The notes: generated by a model not told the origin, from the sequence alone. A stretch of 64,000 bases of DNA from Octopus sinensis (GCF_006345805.1 NC_043002.1:111662001-111726000); one strand, 5' to 3'; positions 50,501-59,783 are shown, numbered from the stretch's first letter. Made by a program: numbers and translations.

Positions 50501-52024
50501 AATTAGTATCGGTGGTTATAATGGCGACAGGAGCTGTGTGATGTGTGATGGTGTTAATAGTGGTATTGTAGTGGTTATACTAGTTGTGGTTGTGAAAGTG
50601 ACTCTCTTTACTCTTTTACTTGTTTCAGTCATTTGACTGCGGCCATGCTGGAGCACCGCCTTTAGTCGAACAAATCGACCCCGGGACTTATTCTTTGTAA
50701 GCCCAGCACTTATTCTATCAGTCTCTTTTGCCAAACCGCTAAGTGACGGGGACGTAAACACACCAGCATCGGTTGTCAAGCAATGCTAGGGGGACAAACA
50801 CACACACACATACACATATATACATATATACGACAGGCTTCTTTCAGTTTCCGTCTACCAAATCCACTCACAAGGCTTTGGTCGGCTCGAGGCTATAGCA
50901 GAAGACACTTGCCCAAGATGCCACGCATTGGGACTGAACCTGGAACCATGTGGTTGGTTAGCAAGCTACTTACCACATAGCCACTCCTGCGCCTATTGAC
51001 TGTTATTTTTTTTTTACCCCCTGCTAAGGGGGGTGATGTCTTTGCCGGCGTTGGTTTGGGAAATTGGGCGACTTTCAGCATGCATGTATATGGGTGGAAA
51101 TGAGCTGCTTGGCGGGGGGTCTGTGCTTTTCTAGTTGGGTAATTCTTTTCTAAGGCAAAGTTCTTAAGTGGTTTGTCTTTCTCCATTGCCTTCTAAATCT
51201 TTTAATACACAAAAGGAAGAGAGTTAAGTAGTGTAAATTAGCTAAGCATTCAGCTGCTTCTTACAACACTAAGTCTATAGTATTTATTGTCATGTAACTT
51301 AACTGAGCTACTTCACATTTAGTTGTTTTCGTTATAAACATAAAGCAGATTGCTTACAAGTTCTGTGATGGATGTCTGAATGCTATCTTCCTGGTCATCC
51401 ATCTTTATTCTGGTAATAACCAATTGCTACAATATTTATTTAACGTATAACTTAGTGAGTTATTCTTGCTTGTTTGTTAAAATCTGTATTTAACAATGTA
51501 CGTTTAAATATTTGTTGTGCAAGATTTTTTATGTGAAGTCGTGTGTTGAAACAAATATTGTTATATTTCGGAATGGTCATATTGCCAGTTTAGCCAATAA
51601 AAACACACGCTCTATATATTTGGTGTTATTTTGCTTCAGTGTTATTTATTTTTTTACATTAATCTTAATCTTATTTCGGCCAGAGTTCTTTCGTCACACT
51701 CCTGTGACTGCATCAGTGGTCCTTTGTTTTCTTCTTTCTTATGGGTGACGGTTAGTAAGGAGAGACAAATAAGAAAGAAGAAAACAAAGGACCATTGATG
51801 CGGTCACAGGAGTGTGATGAAAGAACTCTGGCCGAAATAAGATTAAGATTAATGTAAAAAATAAATAACACTGAAGCAAAATAACACCAAATATATAGTG
51901 CGTGTGTTTTTATTGGGTAAACTGGCAAAATGACCATTCCAAAATATAACAATATGTATTTAACAATATTTTTGATTTTCATATTTTCCAGATGTTTGAT
52001 GCTGCCTGTGAAGAAGAACTCTAA
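10101..52024 (+). CDS. PKMYT1: Membrane-associated Tyr/Thr-specific Cdc2-inhibitory kinase (Myt1), 16 coding exons, 1632 nt, about 543 aa
   Basis: Hand-joined exons 10101-10169, 19043-19172, 20658-20749, 23339-23421, 24922-25047, 27134-27209, 30110-30232, 30450-30544, 32746-32852, 34604-34707, 37344-37385, 40508-40682, 43469-43607, 46704-46817, 48113-48236, 51992-52024 keep one frame. Motifs: [64 protein letters not shown], a hydrophobic membrane segment, and terminal EPRNLLGMF. Confidence 0.93.
10825..11213 (-). mobile_element. tRNA-derived SINE family A
   Basis: Reverse complement of 704-1088. Further minus copies at about 14373-14898, 17545-17905, 23862-24228, 26308-26695, 35632-36063, 38531-38953, 46235-46627, 50601-50994, 60316-60720, 61915-62310. 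Confidence 0.9.
13050..14720. repeat. Tandem duplication, period 771 bp
   Basis: 13061-13630 recurs at 13832-14400 almost identically; the second unit has an expanded (TTTTACTC)n tail. Confidence 0.9.
14373..14512. repeat. (TTTTACTC)n, about 17 units, expanded SINE tail
   Basis: Direct inspection. Confidence 0.95.
15944..16632. mobile_element. hAT-like MITE hosting the 16125 Helitron
   Basis: Imperfect TIRs TAGTGCTACTCAAA / TTTGAGAAGCACTG; TSD not clearly preserved. Confidence 0.5.
16125..16518 (-). mobile_element. Non-autonomous Helitron with foreign insert at about 16189-16280
   Basis: Same termini as 130-427; the insert matches the 34009 repeat arm. Confidence 0.85.
16994..17214. mobile_element. 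piggyBac-type MITE
   Basis: TTAA|CCCTTTCGTTAC...GTAACAAAAGGG|TTAA; inverted partial copy at about 58617-58824. Confidence 0.85.
19043..19172 (+). CDS. PKMYT1: PKMYT1 exon 2 ([25 protein letters not shown]...PVSFHKTNN)
   Basis: TTGCAG acceptor; Pro-rich segment with SRIF and VSF; ends at U12 donor ATATCCTTT (19173). Confidence 0.85.
19173..20657 (+). other. U12-type (minor spliceosome) intron, AT-AC
   Basis: 5' ATATCCTTT, branch-like TTCCTTATC at 20635-20643, AC at 20656-20657, frame preserved. Confidence 0.8.
19551..19935 (-). mobile_element. tRNA-derived SINE family B, inside the U12 intron
   Basis: Near-identical reverse complement of 56076-56457. Confidence 0.88.
20658..20749 (+). CDS. 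PKMYT1: PKMYT1 exon 3 ([30 protein letters not shown])
   Basis: Gly-rich loop; donor GTTTGT at 20750; 5' boundary at 20658 (AC end) or 20652 (AT end). Confidence 0.88.
20890..23125 (-). pseudogene. Second RTE-clade LINE relic with a nested RTE 3' end at about 21846-22225
   Basis: [46 protein letters not shown]; many frameshifts. Confidence 0.85.
23339..23421 (+). CDS. PKMYT1: PKMYT1 exon 4 ([28 protein letters not shown])
   Basis: CTCAG acceptor, GTAAGT donor, catalytic Lys motif. Confidence 0.95.
24541..24872 (-). mobile_element. Penelope-like short element with hammerhead and 11-bp TSD
   Basis: AGTTCAAGAAT at 24530-24540 and 24873-24883; same family as 37110-37331. Confidence 0.7.
24766..24810 (-). 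ncRNA. Minimal type I hammerhead ribozyme (U4C variant)
   Basis: UCUAGG-CCGACGA-AGGA(CAAUCA)UCCU-GAAA-CACAUG-UC-CCUAGA. Confidence 0.75.
24922..25047 (+). CDS. PKMYT1: PKMYT1 exon 5 ([41 protein letters not shown])
   Basis: ATCAG acceptor, GTAAGC donor; alphaC helix and hinge. Confidence 0.95.
27134..27209 (+). CDS. PKMYT1: PKMYT1 exon 6 ([25 protein letters not shown])
   Basis: TGTAG acceptor, GTAAGA donor, phases consistent. Confidence 0.93.
27776..29196 (+). mobile_element. Degenerate Helitron interrupted by (AT)n and an RTE fragment
   Basis: TATTATAAAGATGAGAATGTGTGTCTG 5' part; CACGGGCAATGCTGAG...GCTAG|T 3' part. Confidence 0.5.
28165..28848 (-). mobile_element. RTE/BovB-like LINE 3' fragment
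   Basis: [46 protein letters not shown] and a (CAT)n tail on the minus strand. Confidence 0.8.
29502..29740. repeat. About 65-bp inverted repeat element next to (AT)n
   Basis: Arms 29502-29566 and 29675-29740 nearly perfectly complementary. Confidence 0.75.
30110..30232 (+). CDS. PKMYT1: PKMYT1 exon 7 ([41 protein letters not shown])
   Basis: Catalytic loop and DFG; TTTAG acceptor, GTATGT donor. Confidence 0.96.
30450..30544 (+). CDS. PKMYT1: PKMYT1 exon 8 ([31 protein letters not shown])
   Basis: Wee1-family EGD..Y.APE; AACAG acceptor, GTGAAT donor. Confidence 0.96.
32746..32852 (+). CDS. PKMYT1: PKMYT1 exon 9 ([35 protein letters not shown])
   Basis: AAG acceptor after a T tract, GTAAGC donor; LP.GGEGW..LR.G motif. 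Confidence 0.95.
33031..33535 (+). mobile_element. Non-autonomous Helitron, second family
   Basis: TCTCTCTATATAAAC start; CCCAGGCAATGCCGGG hairpin then CTAG|T. Confidence 0.7.
34009..34532. mobile_element. Penelope-like element with inverted and direct repeats and a decayed hammerhead
   Basis: Inverted arms 34009-34129 / 34365-34485; 45-bp direct repeat 34131-34175 / 34487-34532; hammerhead-like 34272-34312. Confidence 0.6.
34604..34707 (+). CDS. PKMYT1: PKMYT1 exon 10 ([34 protein letters not shown])
   Basis: Kinase subdomain XI; TGTAG acceptor, GTATGT donor. Confidence 0.94.
35012..35628. repeat. Compound (AT)/(GT)/(AC) microsatellite
   Basis: Direct inspection; GT-rich half followed by AC-rich half. 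Confidence 0.9.
36441..36710 (-). mobile_element. CR1/L2-like LINE 3' end with (ATT)n tail
   Basis: WNKLPASVV-type peptide on the minus strand; related 3' end at 8780-8892. Confidence 0.6.
37110..37331. mobile_element. Fold-back Penelope-like insertion with 12-bp TSD at the exon 11 acceptor
   Basis: TCTTACTTTTAG at 37098-37109 and 37332-37343; about 70-bp inverted arms; homologous to 24541-24695. Confidence 0.75.
37344..37385 (+). CDS. PKMYT1: PKMYT1 exon 11 ([14 protein letters not shown])
   Basis: TTTTAG acceptor, GTAAGT donor, 42 nt phase 0-0; basic segment preceding the membrane anchor. Confidence 0.75.
37777..39629 (+). repeat. About 350-bp dispersed direct duplication
   Basis: 37777-38126 is nearly identical to 39280-39629. 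Confidence 0.9.
39877..40307 (-). mobile_element. Solo LTR (Gypsy-like)
   Basis: Minus strand starts TGTAGTG and ends GTTATA (decayed GTTACA); 4-bp TSD CCAT at 39873-39876 and 40308-40311; AATAAA on minus near 39995. Confidence 0.7.
40508..40682 (+). CDS. PKMYT1: PKMYT1 exon 12, membrane-association segment ([17 protein letters not shown]) and DYTVSD
   Basis: CTGTAG acceptor, GTAAGT donor; hydrophobic stretch expected of Myt1. Confidence 0.88.
42862..43407. mobile_element. Head-to-head pair of a tRNA-headed, hammerhead-bearing element
   Basis: tRNA-like heads (A box TGGTGTAGTGG, B box GTTCAATTCC) diverge from about 43085; hammerhead cores at 42908-42953 (-) and 43292-43330 (+). Confidence 0.7.
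43469..43607 (+). CDS. PKMYT1: PKMYT1 exon 13 ([28 protein letters not shown]...)
   Basis: TTTTAG acceptor, GTAATT donor; open acidic/Ser-rich frame with matching phases. Confidence 0.8.
45276..45676 (+). mobile_element. Non-autonomous Helitron
   Basis: A|TC start, CCCGAGCAACGCCGGG hairpin, CTAG|T end; internal tandem duplication. Confidence 0.88.
46704..46817 (+). CDS. PKMYT1: PKMYT1 exon 14 ([37 protein letters not shown])
   Basis: TTCCAG acceptor, GTGAGT donor; TP/SP sites; phase 2-2. Confidence 0.78.
47198..47409. mobile_element. piggyBac-type MITE, second family
   Basis: TTAA|CCCTTTAGTGTTCA...TGAATGCTAAAGGG|TTAA; fragment at about 49283. Confidence 0.82.
47435..47815 (-). mobile_element. 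tRNA-derived SINE family B
   Basis: Near-identical to 19551-19935. Confidence 0.88.
48113..48236 (+). CDS. PKMYT1: PKMYT1 exon 15 ([14 protein letters not shown]...[10 protein letters not shown])
   Basis: TTTTAG acceptor; conserved EPRNLL; followed by GCAAGT (GC donor). Confidence 0.88.
48800..49195 (+). mobile_element. RTE LINE 3' end / RTE-tailed short element with about 60-bp tandem units and (ATG)n tail
   Basis: Ends GGACGCTAAATGATGATG. Copies at about 12652-12957, 18337-18697, 21846-22120, 25381-25640, 25865-26113, 29340-29498, 36247-36397, 40862-41125, 41580-41830, 42025-42353; contiguous with the RTE ORF end at 22120-22225. Confidence 0.8.
49323..49560 (+). mobile_element. Helentron/DINE-1-like non-autonomous element
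   Basis: TTATTATCTTCGCCAAGG..GAGGTTATGTTTTCATCGGCGTTGG followed by GTCY-like microsatellite; shorter relative at 51012-51136. Confidence 0.55.
49690..50117 (+). mobile_element. CR1/L2-like LINE 3' fragment
   Basis: [15 protein letters not shown].. and [14 protein letters not shown] peptides, short repeat tail. Confidence 0.6.
51544..51965. repeat. About 198-bp inverted repeat (Penelope-like, hammerhead-like motif in each arm)
   Basis: Arms 51544-51742 and 51769-51965 with a 26-nt spacer. Confidence 0.85.
51992..52024 (+). CDS. PKMYT1: PKMYT1 terminal exon 16 ([10 protein letters not shown])
   Basis: Strong TTTTCCAG acceptor; completes RNLLGMFD, like human RNLLSLFED; TAA at 52022-52024. Confidence 0.8.
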   Translation: MFDAACEEEL

Positions 52025-55000
52025 TATATATATATATACATATACACACAATACACACACACACAAATGTACACACACTCAAACTCACACATTTTTTTTC
52101 CTCATGAAAGACTTTATTCCATCTCAATCTGCCACTCTTCATCATTATTTCTCTCGAGTCTTCCATATATATCAAATCACCTTTTCAGATTTCTCTCATC
52201 CCTCCTACTGTACAATAATCTACCAACTTACAAATCTGTGTAAATAAAGCAAGAGATAAGAAAAAAAAGGTTATATTTTCATACTTCTGATACACATGCA
52301 CTTATATTTCCGCATGCACACATTAAATATTTTTTTTTTCTGTACCTTCTAACGTTTCTGTCATTCAAGCTCTTTCGTGTTAACCTTTTTTTTTTTTCAA
52401 TGGTTTTTCTGTTTTGCTTCCGTACAGAAAAGTTATTTGTAGCATCAATGTTTAAAATCTACAAAAAAAAAAATCTGTGATATTCTGTCAGTTCCTTCCA
52501 TGTTGACTTTTTCTACAATATCATTCCATTTCTTGTAGGTTTTTGTTGATACAATCTGCTCCCACTTCTTCATAATGTCTTACTAAAAGGCATAGGATGA
52601 AGGTTATAGTTCATCTTCATAATTTGTAACTGGGCCATGTCTTTAGTATGTGTATGTTTTACTGTTCAGCATTTGTAAATTTTTAAATTATGAACTTTGT
52701 GCTTATTATTATGAAGGCTTTCTGCTTCCTCATATAAATTTAATATCTGCATTTACACGTACACACACACACAGAGGTAAAATAGGTTGCTGTTAATGGT
52801 TAGGTTTGTAACATCTTTTGGCTTTAGTGTGACTTTGGAAACTGGTGAAGAATGGTTAGAAGCAAAGCAGACCACACTGGTTCTCTATGACTCATACTAA
52901 TCAGACATCTTAATGACTCACCAGTCTTTAGTTTACGTTGCTCTGTGTTGTCTTCTATTTGTGTGACTACAGTGAAAGCAAGAAGCAAGAAAGGAATTGC
53001 TAAAGCCATCAACTAGCAAATTAAAACTGTCAGATTTGCTGGTCACAAGCTCGATTTATATTCGTTTGAAGTACTAGTAAGCCCTTTGGAGTGGAGCTAA
53101 GCTGTTGAGCAATTGAGGCTGCAGAAGTTCTGATTCCCAGCTGTAGCCATTTCACTCCCAATCTTATTTCCTAGAGACGCTAACCCCTGGGTATTAACAC
53201 AATAACTTCACTGTTTTCGCATCAAATAGAAGTTTATGATGTAATCGAAACCTTGTAAAGGGAAGTAATTGCAGCTTACTGACTAGGTAGTTACTCCCCC
53301 TAACTGTCTACATTTTCCACCAGGAATCTTTTTAATTCACTGAGATAAATTGTTTTCGTATTTGTATATTTATTTTTCTTGTTCTGGTTCTTGTTGTGCT
53401 TGCTGAGATTTTGTAGAAATATTTCACACGTGTGAATTTATGAAAGAATCTTTGTTGTTTTTTATAAAAAAGAAAAAAAAATTTGTAGCTAACAGTTTTA
53501 CTTTAAGAACCACATTGTAGCTTCACAACTTGGATTATTCATTTAAAAGAAAATTCTTTGTAGAAATAAGGATTTTGTTCAGTCATTCACATTGTGACTA
53601 ACTGAGCTAAAGCTTTCGTTTCACCAGCATCATGAAGTAAGGTGCATTGTTTTCGAAGACCTTTGGAAATTTAGTGATGTAATAAACTGCTATCTAATTT
53701 GATCTCAGTTCACTGGAGGAGTGCAAAATCATTGCACTTACATTGGGTTCTTGAGTCGAAAATCTAATTGTTCAAGGGAAGAACACTCATCTCTTTGAGG
53801 TCCAATTTGTTTCTTATTTTATTGACACCCATTAAGATCCAATTGATCTTAGACCTCTTTAACTGCAGATAGACTAAACCCAAATTCCATACAGCATATT
53901 GTTTCACCATCTTCATAACAGTTAATATTAAAATATTTACTGGTTGCAAAAAGAAATGATTGTGACATATTTGACAGTTTTATATTTAATCCCTCCACAT
54001 TTTAAGTTCAAATCCTGCTGGAGCTATCTGACCATTTAATTCTGTAGTGTCATGAAAACCACCAGTAATATACTGGTGTTCATTCATCTTGTTTGAAATG
54101 TATGCACTTAAACAGAACTTAATATTAAGCAGTCATTTTTTTAGTAATCAGTGAGATATCTTGCAATGTATCATGTATACCAAATAATGTATATACATAC
54201 ATGTTTGTGTATCATGATATTCGTATGAGATATATAACGTATATGAAATGTGTGTACTTGTAAGATATTTCCCTATTTTTCGCATGCTGCACTGCTAGAA
54301 ATAATACTTTTAAAACCATATTGTAAATAAACTATCTTATAAACTAATTTTTTTTTGTATATAATATAGGTGCAGGAGTGGCTGTGTGGTAAGTAGCTTG
54401 TTTACCAACCACATGGTTCCAGGTTCAGTCCCACTGCGTGGCACCTTGGGCAAGTGTCTTCTACTATAGCATTGGGCCGACCAAAGCCTTGTGAGTGGAT
54501 TTGGTAGACGGAAACTGAAAGAAGCCCGTCGTATATATGTATATATATATGTATATGTATGTGTATGTGTTTGTATGTCTGTGTTTGTCCCTCTAGCATT
54601 GCTTGACAACTGATGCTGGTGTGTTTATGTCCCCGTCACTTAGCGGTTTGGCAAAAGAGACCGATAGAATAAGTCCCGGGGTCGAGTTGCTCGATTAAAG
54701 GCGGTGCTCCAGCATGGCCGCAGTCAAATGACTGAAACAAGTTAAAAAAAAAAAAACGGGGTCTGATTTTCTTGTTTAGTTTTTTTTTTTTTTTTTTTGT
54801 ACACTGACCTTAATTCTGTAAATGGAAAAGAAAAACGAATCCTCCCTTGACAACTAGTGTATTCATTTTTTCCCTTTTAAACTTACTTGCTGTCTTCTAG
54901 TATCCTCTCATTGGTGTGGGTGAGTAGATCTATGATCCGAAATCTCCTGTTACCATCCGTATCTTTTTCCACTTTCAGAATTAGTATGTCTAGGATGACA

Positions 55001-55147
55001 TTATCAAATGTCTTTCCTGTATTATGTAACTCACTTCACCCAGTTGCCAGAAATGCATAGTTACGAGATCTGAGAATTTCATCTGCTAGAAATAGCAACC
55101 AAATCTCAAACCACAGAAAGAACATATTTGGGTAGCATGTTCCTAAT

Positions 55148-55330
55148 TGTTATTATTATTGTTCGACCGTGGTTGAGACAATGGAATTTACCATGCTACG
55201 CCAGACTTCACGGTCCATCATGGCATTACGGAGGTCCTGTTGCTGGATGCCTGTATCCCTGGAGATTACATCAGGGTAGGAGAGTGGGTGTTTGTTTGGT
55301 GTTGTTTGGTTGGGAGCTGACTCTTCTCCA
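55148..55330 (-). mobile_element. RTE LINE 3' end
   Basis: DLRNAMMDREVWRSMV peptide with a (CAA/TAA)n tail. Confidence 0.7.
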
Positions 55331-56075
55331 TCAGGTGATACCCGTCTGTTAAGATTGAGGGCATCACCGTCAATGGATGCCCTTGGAGGTGCAACGTGAT
55401 CAGAGACAGGACCCAGCAAAGCAGGGGCTGGATCTACATCCGCAGGTATACCATTAGGTCTGGTTCCCTGGGGAAGAGGAACCCTGGTGCAGTTAATTGT
55501 AAATTCCGTGGTCTTTTCAAATGGCTAATAATGTGTGTGCGTGCGCCACTACTACACACTACTAGCATGTTCCTAGATTTACAATGATCACAACTGGCAC
55601 TTTTTTTTGATCAAGACTGATCTAGAGTTGAGCAGTAACAGGTTCTCTCAAATTCCACATAGCTTTGACAATTTCATAAAGTGATTCATTAGGTTCGGGT
55701 TAGTGTTATATCTAAATACAATTAGAAATGTGGGATAAATCTAGAACTGAATCAAGGGCCTTTTAATCTCACAACTCTTTCCCTCTCTTTCGGAGAGGCA
55801 CTGAGCACCTACACGCACACATACACACACGGCAGTAACTTCCACCTACCGAATTCAATCACAACGCTCCGGTCGGCTCGGGGCTATAGTGGAAGACACC
55901 TACCCAAAGTGCCACGCAGTGGGACTGAACCCGAAACCATGTAGCTAGAAAGCAAGCTCCCTAACCACACAGCCATACCCGCGCCTGCTTTACGCTTTGC
56001 AATATCTATATCACTTTCTTCTCTATCCTTCTCGTATTCGTATACACACTGATCGATGATTTCAATGGCATATGT

Positions 56076-56457
56076 GGGGGTGCAATGGCCCAGTGGTTAG
56101 GGCAGCAGACTCGCGGTCATAGGATCGCAGTTTCTATTCCCAGACCGGGCGTTGTGAGTGTTTATTGAGCGAAAACGCCTAATAACTCCACGAGGCTCCG
56201 GCAGGGGATGGTGGTGATCCCTGCTGTACTCTTTCACCACAACTTTCTCTCACTCTTACTTCCTGTTTCTGTTGTACCTGTATTTCAAAGGGCTGCCTTG
56301 TCACTCTCTGTGTCACGCTGAATATCCCCGTGTACTACGTTAAGGGTGCATGTGTCTGTGGAGTGCTCAGCCACTTACACGTTAATTTCACGAGCAGGCT
56401 GTTCTGTTGATCGGATCAACCGGAACCCTCGTCGTCGTAACCGACGGAGTGCTTCCA
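56076..56457 (+). mobile_element. tRNA-derived SINE family B
   Basis: Head TGGCCCAGTGGTTAGGGCAGC...CCCAGACC. Minus copies at 19551-19935, 47435-47815 and partial 15233-15493. Confidence 0.88.
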
Positions 56458-59400
56458 TCCAATGGCATATCCATAAATATTCATAGTTAGCATCTGCTGG
56501 ATTAAAATAAAAGTGTATATGGTGTGTTGTATAATCTGCTTAGTTGATAATGTCATCTTAAGGAATAAGAGTTCATATCCCTTCATAAATATTTTGTGTT
56601 GGTTTTAAGAGCATTTAACTCTCAGCAGTCCAGCTCAGTCTAGCTCTATGATCATATGTAGGGGTTTTAGTTCATAATTAAGCTGTAAAAGACAACTGAC
56701 TGTAAACCTTTGACAATCTGATTATGGAAAGACAACACTAAACCTCTCAATATTTTGGGGATTGAGACAAACCCCAATAAATGTTAAGATATGATAATGA
56801 CATTACATGGTAAATAATGGAAGGCATAATTGCTTTATGACACTTGTTACCCTAACTTCTGTGCTTGTATTTTGACATTTTGCTCACTCCAGTGTAGGCG
56901 CAGGAGTGGCTGTGTGGTAAGTAGCTTGTTTACCAACCACATGGTTCCAGGTTCAGTCCCACTGCGTGGCACCTTGGGCAAGTGTCTTCTGCTATAGCTT
57001 CGGGCCGACCAATGCCTTGTGAGTGGATTTGGTAGACGGAAACTGACAGAAGCCTGTCGTATATATATATATGTGTGTGTGTGTTTGTCCCCCTAGCATT
57101 GCTTGACAACCGATGCTGGTGTGTTTACGTCCCCGTCACCTAGCGGTTCGGCAAAAGAGATCGATAGAATAAGTACTGGGCTTACAAAGAATAAGTCCCG
57201 GGGGTCGAGTTGCTCGACTAAAGGCGGTGCTCCAGCATGGCCGCAGTCAAATGACTGAAACAAGTAAAAGAGTATTGTGCACGGCATGCATCAAAGTTGA
57301 AGAGAGGTAAGCTTTTGGCAAACCAAAACGGCTAATCCTATCCAATTTCAATCTGGTTGAAAGTAATTTCCTTTCCAAACTATGCTAATGTTCAGGTGAA
57401 GACATCACCACTACAGTCCCCTTTTATAATCTATACAAGGTAATATCTTTATCTCTGTTGCTATATAATTCAAGGTGGTTTGAATAATCGGATAGAATTT
57501 GATATTTCATATACTAAATGGTGCATTCCAAATGGCAAAAGAGAAATTCTTGTCATTTCCTCACTGGAAGTTTTTTCATTTTGCTTGCTTTGTTAAGAGA
57601 AGGAGTATCTTAGGCTGTCATTGTTAATATTGACCGACTCGGAGTGTATAATTATTTTGTGCCACTGTCCCAAATGCGGTTGAGTTTATATTTCATCTAT
57701 TATGAGATCCCCAGGTGAGATCTGAGTCCAATGATGAAGGCAAGTCAGATGTAACTATCTACATCTCCCCCAGCAGTAGGAAGTGTATCCAGAGCTATTT
57801 TAGGACAATTTGGTAAGGATTGAACAAGATTTGGCTGCGAATTTTTGGCAGTTCGCTCGACCACAGAGCTAATTCAATGCTACGAATTGGTATTGCAAAT
57901 GTTCCGTTGGTTATAAAACATTGGACTGTGTGTCTTGTCAAGAAATTTTAATCTGTAAATATTTATCTCATTGGGAAATATGTGGTTATCACAACTCACC
58001 AGTGTCTATGCTGCCTTGACCTCTATTGCCTAAAGTCTACTTAAATATTGATTCTGTAATATAATTAACTTTTCATGTGAATGAATATATATGTATAATC
58101 TCATTAAAATATAAGTAAAACTGAACCCGGAACCAGGTGGTTGGTTAGCAAGTTACTTACCACACAGCCACTCCTGCACGTACATACATGCAATCAATGC
58201 TAGTTTCTTTTCCCCTCTTTTTTTCTTCACTCATACCTATGCTTGCTCCGGAACGTAGCGGCATTTCGCCCAGCGTGCTAACGTTTCTGCCAGCTCGCCG
58301 CCTTTTCATGTGAATGAATATATATGTATAAATAATTAAAACCTTCCCATTTCTGTTGATATCAAATTTTGTACATTGTTTCCTCGTGAGTTGGAAATAA
58401 ACTACCAAAAAAAAAAAAAAAATGAAAAGAAAAAAATGTCTTGTGTTATTCTATGAATGTAAGTAAAATGGTGGCTCCTTACAATGCAGTGTAGTGGTTT
58501 TCATCAGTCTCTTGAGATGAAATTGAATAGATGCAAGTTTTTACTAATAAATAATTTACAAAAATGATGAACACCGTAGAACAGGTAAGCTCTTCAAAAG
58601 GGGTTATCATTTCAATCCCGGTTTCAGTTCGTGGCTCTGGCTCTGAGTACAAGTGTCTTGTTTTCATAAGTTTTGAATTAAAATCTTCCACCAAGCCTTA
58701 GTCACAATTTATGTTCCTAACACTAACTTAATGATAACTAAATTATTTTACTAAATCCTTTGTTATATTTAAAGTAATTGATAGAAACACAGAGCATCTC
58801 AAAATAAATACAGTAACGAAAGGGTTAATAGATCGGTAGAAACAGTCGACCAGTGAACAAAATCTTTTGCAGTCTTTAGCTACATTCTGAGTTCAATTTC
58901 CACCAAGGCCAATTTTGCTTTACACGCTCCCAGATTCATGGGTGTGTGTGGGGAAAAATATCAAACAATATCCTAGTCAAGTACCTGGGGTCGATTCAAA
59001 AGATTATTGAAAGATTTTTTTTTTTTTTTCATTTATTTAGGCCATGAATGCTCTTACAAGCAGGAAAAGTAAACATTTGTATAACTGAAGGGGGAAATGT
59101 GTGTGTATGTAATGTTTGAAAATTCTAGCTTGCGATGAAATTACTATTAATCGTGAGGCACTTAATTTTCTAAAAACCTTCCATAGCACACGCTTGCATA
59201 CATATACGCACGCATATATAGATGTGAATGAATATATATGTTTCTTTATTACCCACAAGGGGCTACACACAGAGGGGACAGACGGATTAAGTCGATTACA
59301 TCGACCCCAGTGCGCAACTGGTACTTAATTTATCGACCCCGAAAGGATGAAAGGCAAAGTCGACCTCGGCAGAATTTGAACTCAGAACGTAGCGGCAGAC

Positions 59401-59473
59401 GAAATACGGTTATGCATTTCGCCCGGCGTGCTAACGTTTCTGCCAGCTCGCCGCCTTTTCATGTGAATGAAAA

Positions 59474-59508
<35 letters not shown>

Positions 59509-59718
59509 TATATATCTATATATATATATATATAGTAAAGAAAAGAAAAAATAAGAAGGTTAACAGCAGGCTGTTTCACCTCATACCGAAGGAATTAGAA
59601 ATGGCAGTCAAAGACCGTTTTTCCAATTTCTATAAGTGGAGAATCCAAAAACGAAGGCCCTTACGGCTCACATAAACAAACGGAGTGGCAAATATACGAA
59701 TTCAGTCACTTACCGTTA

Positions 59719-59783
59719 ATAGCGAACATATGTTTCTGGATCGCAAACGTAGAAATCAGTTTGAATTCCGTCATCGGCGCTAT
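59719..59783 (-). ncRNA. Minimal type I hammerhead ribozyme (U4C variant, long stem II)
   Basis: AUAGCG-CCGAUGA-C-GGA..CAAAC..GUUUG..UCC-A-GAAA-CAUAUG-UU-CGCUAU. Confidence 0.7.

Larger units (their letters stand above)
48237..51991 (+). other. GC-AG intron (last intron of PKMYT1)
   Basis: GG|GCAAGT donor; in-frame join to [10 protein letters not shown]. Confidence 0.75.

Noticed and set aside
52025-54335. PKMYT1 3' UTR extent and poly(A) site
   Set aside because: Several AATAAA candidates (about 52243, 53681, 54326); cannot choose without transcript data.
55335-55500. Structured GC-rich segment next to an RTE 3' end, possibly an inverted 5' UTR with an HDV-like ribozyme
   Set aside because: Could not assign the nested double pseudoknot by eye.
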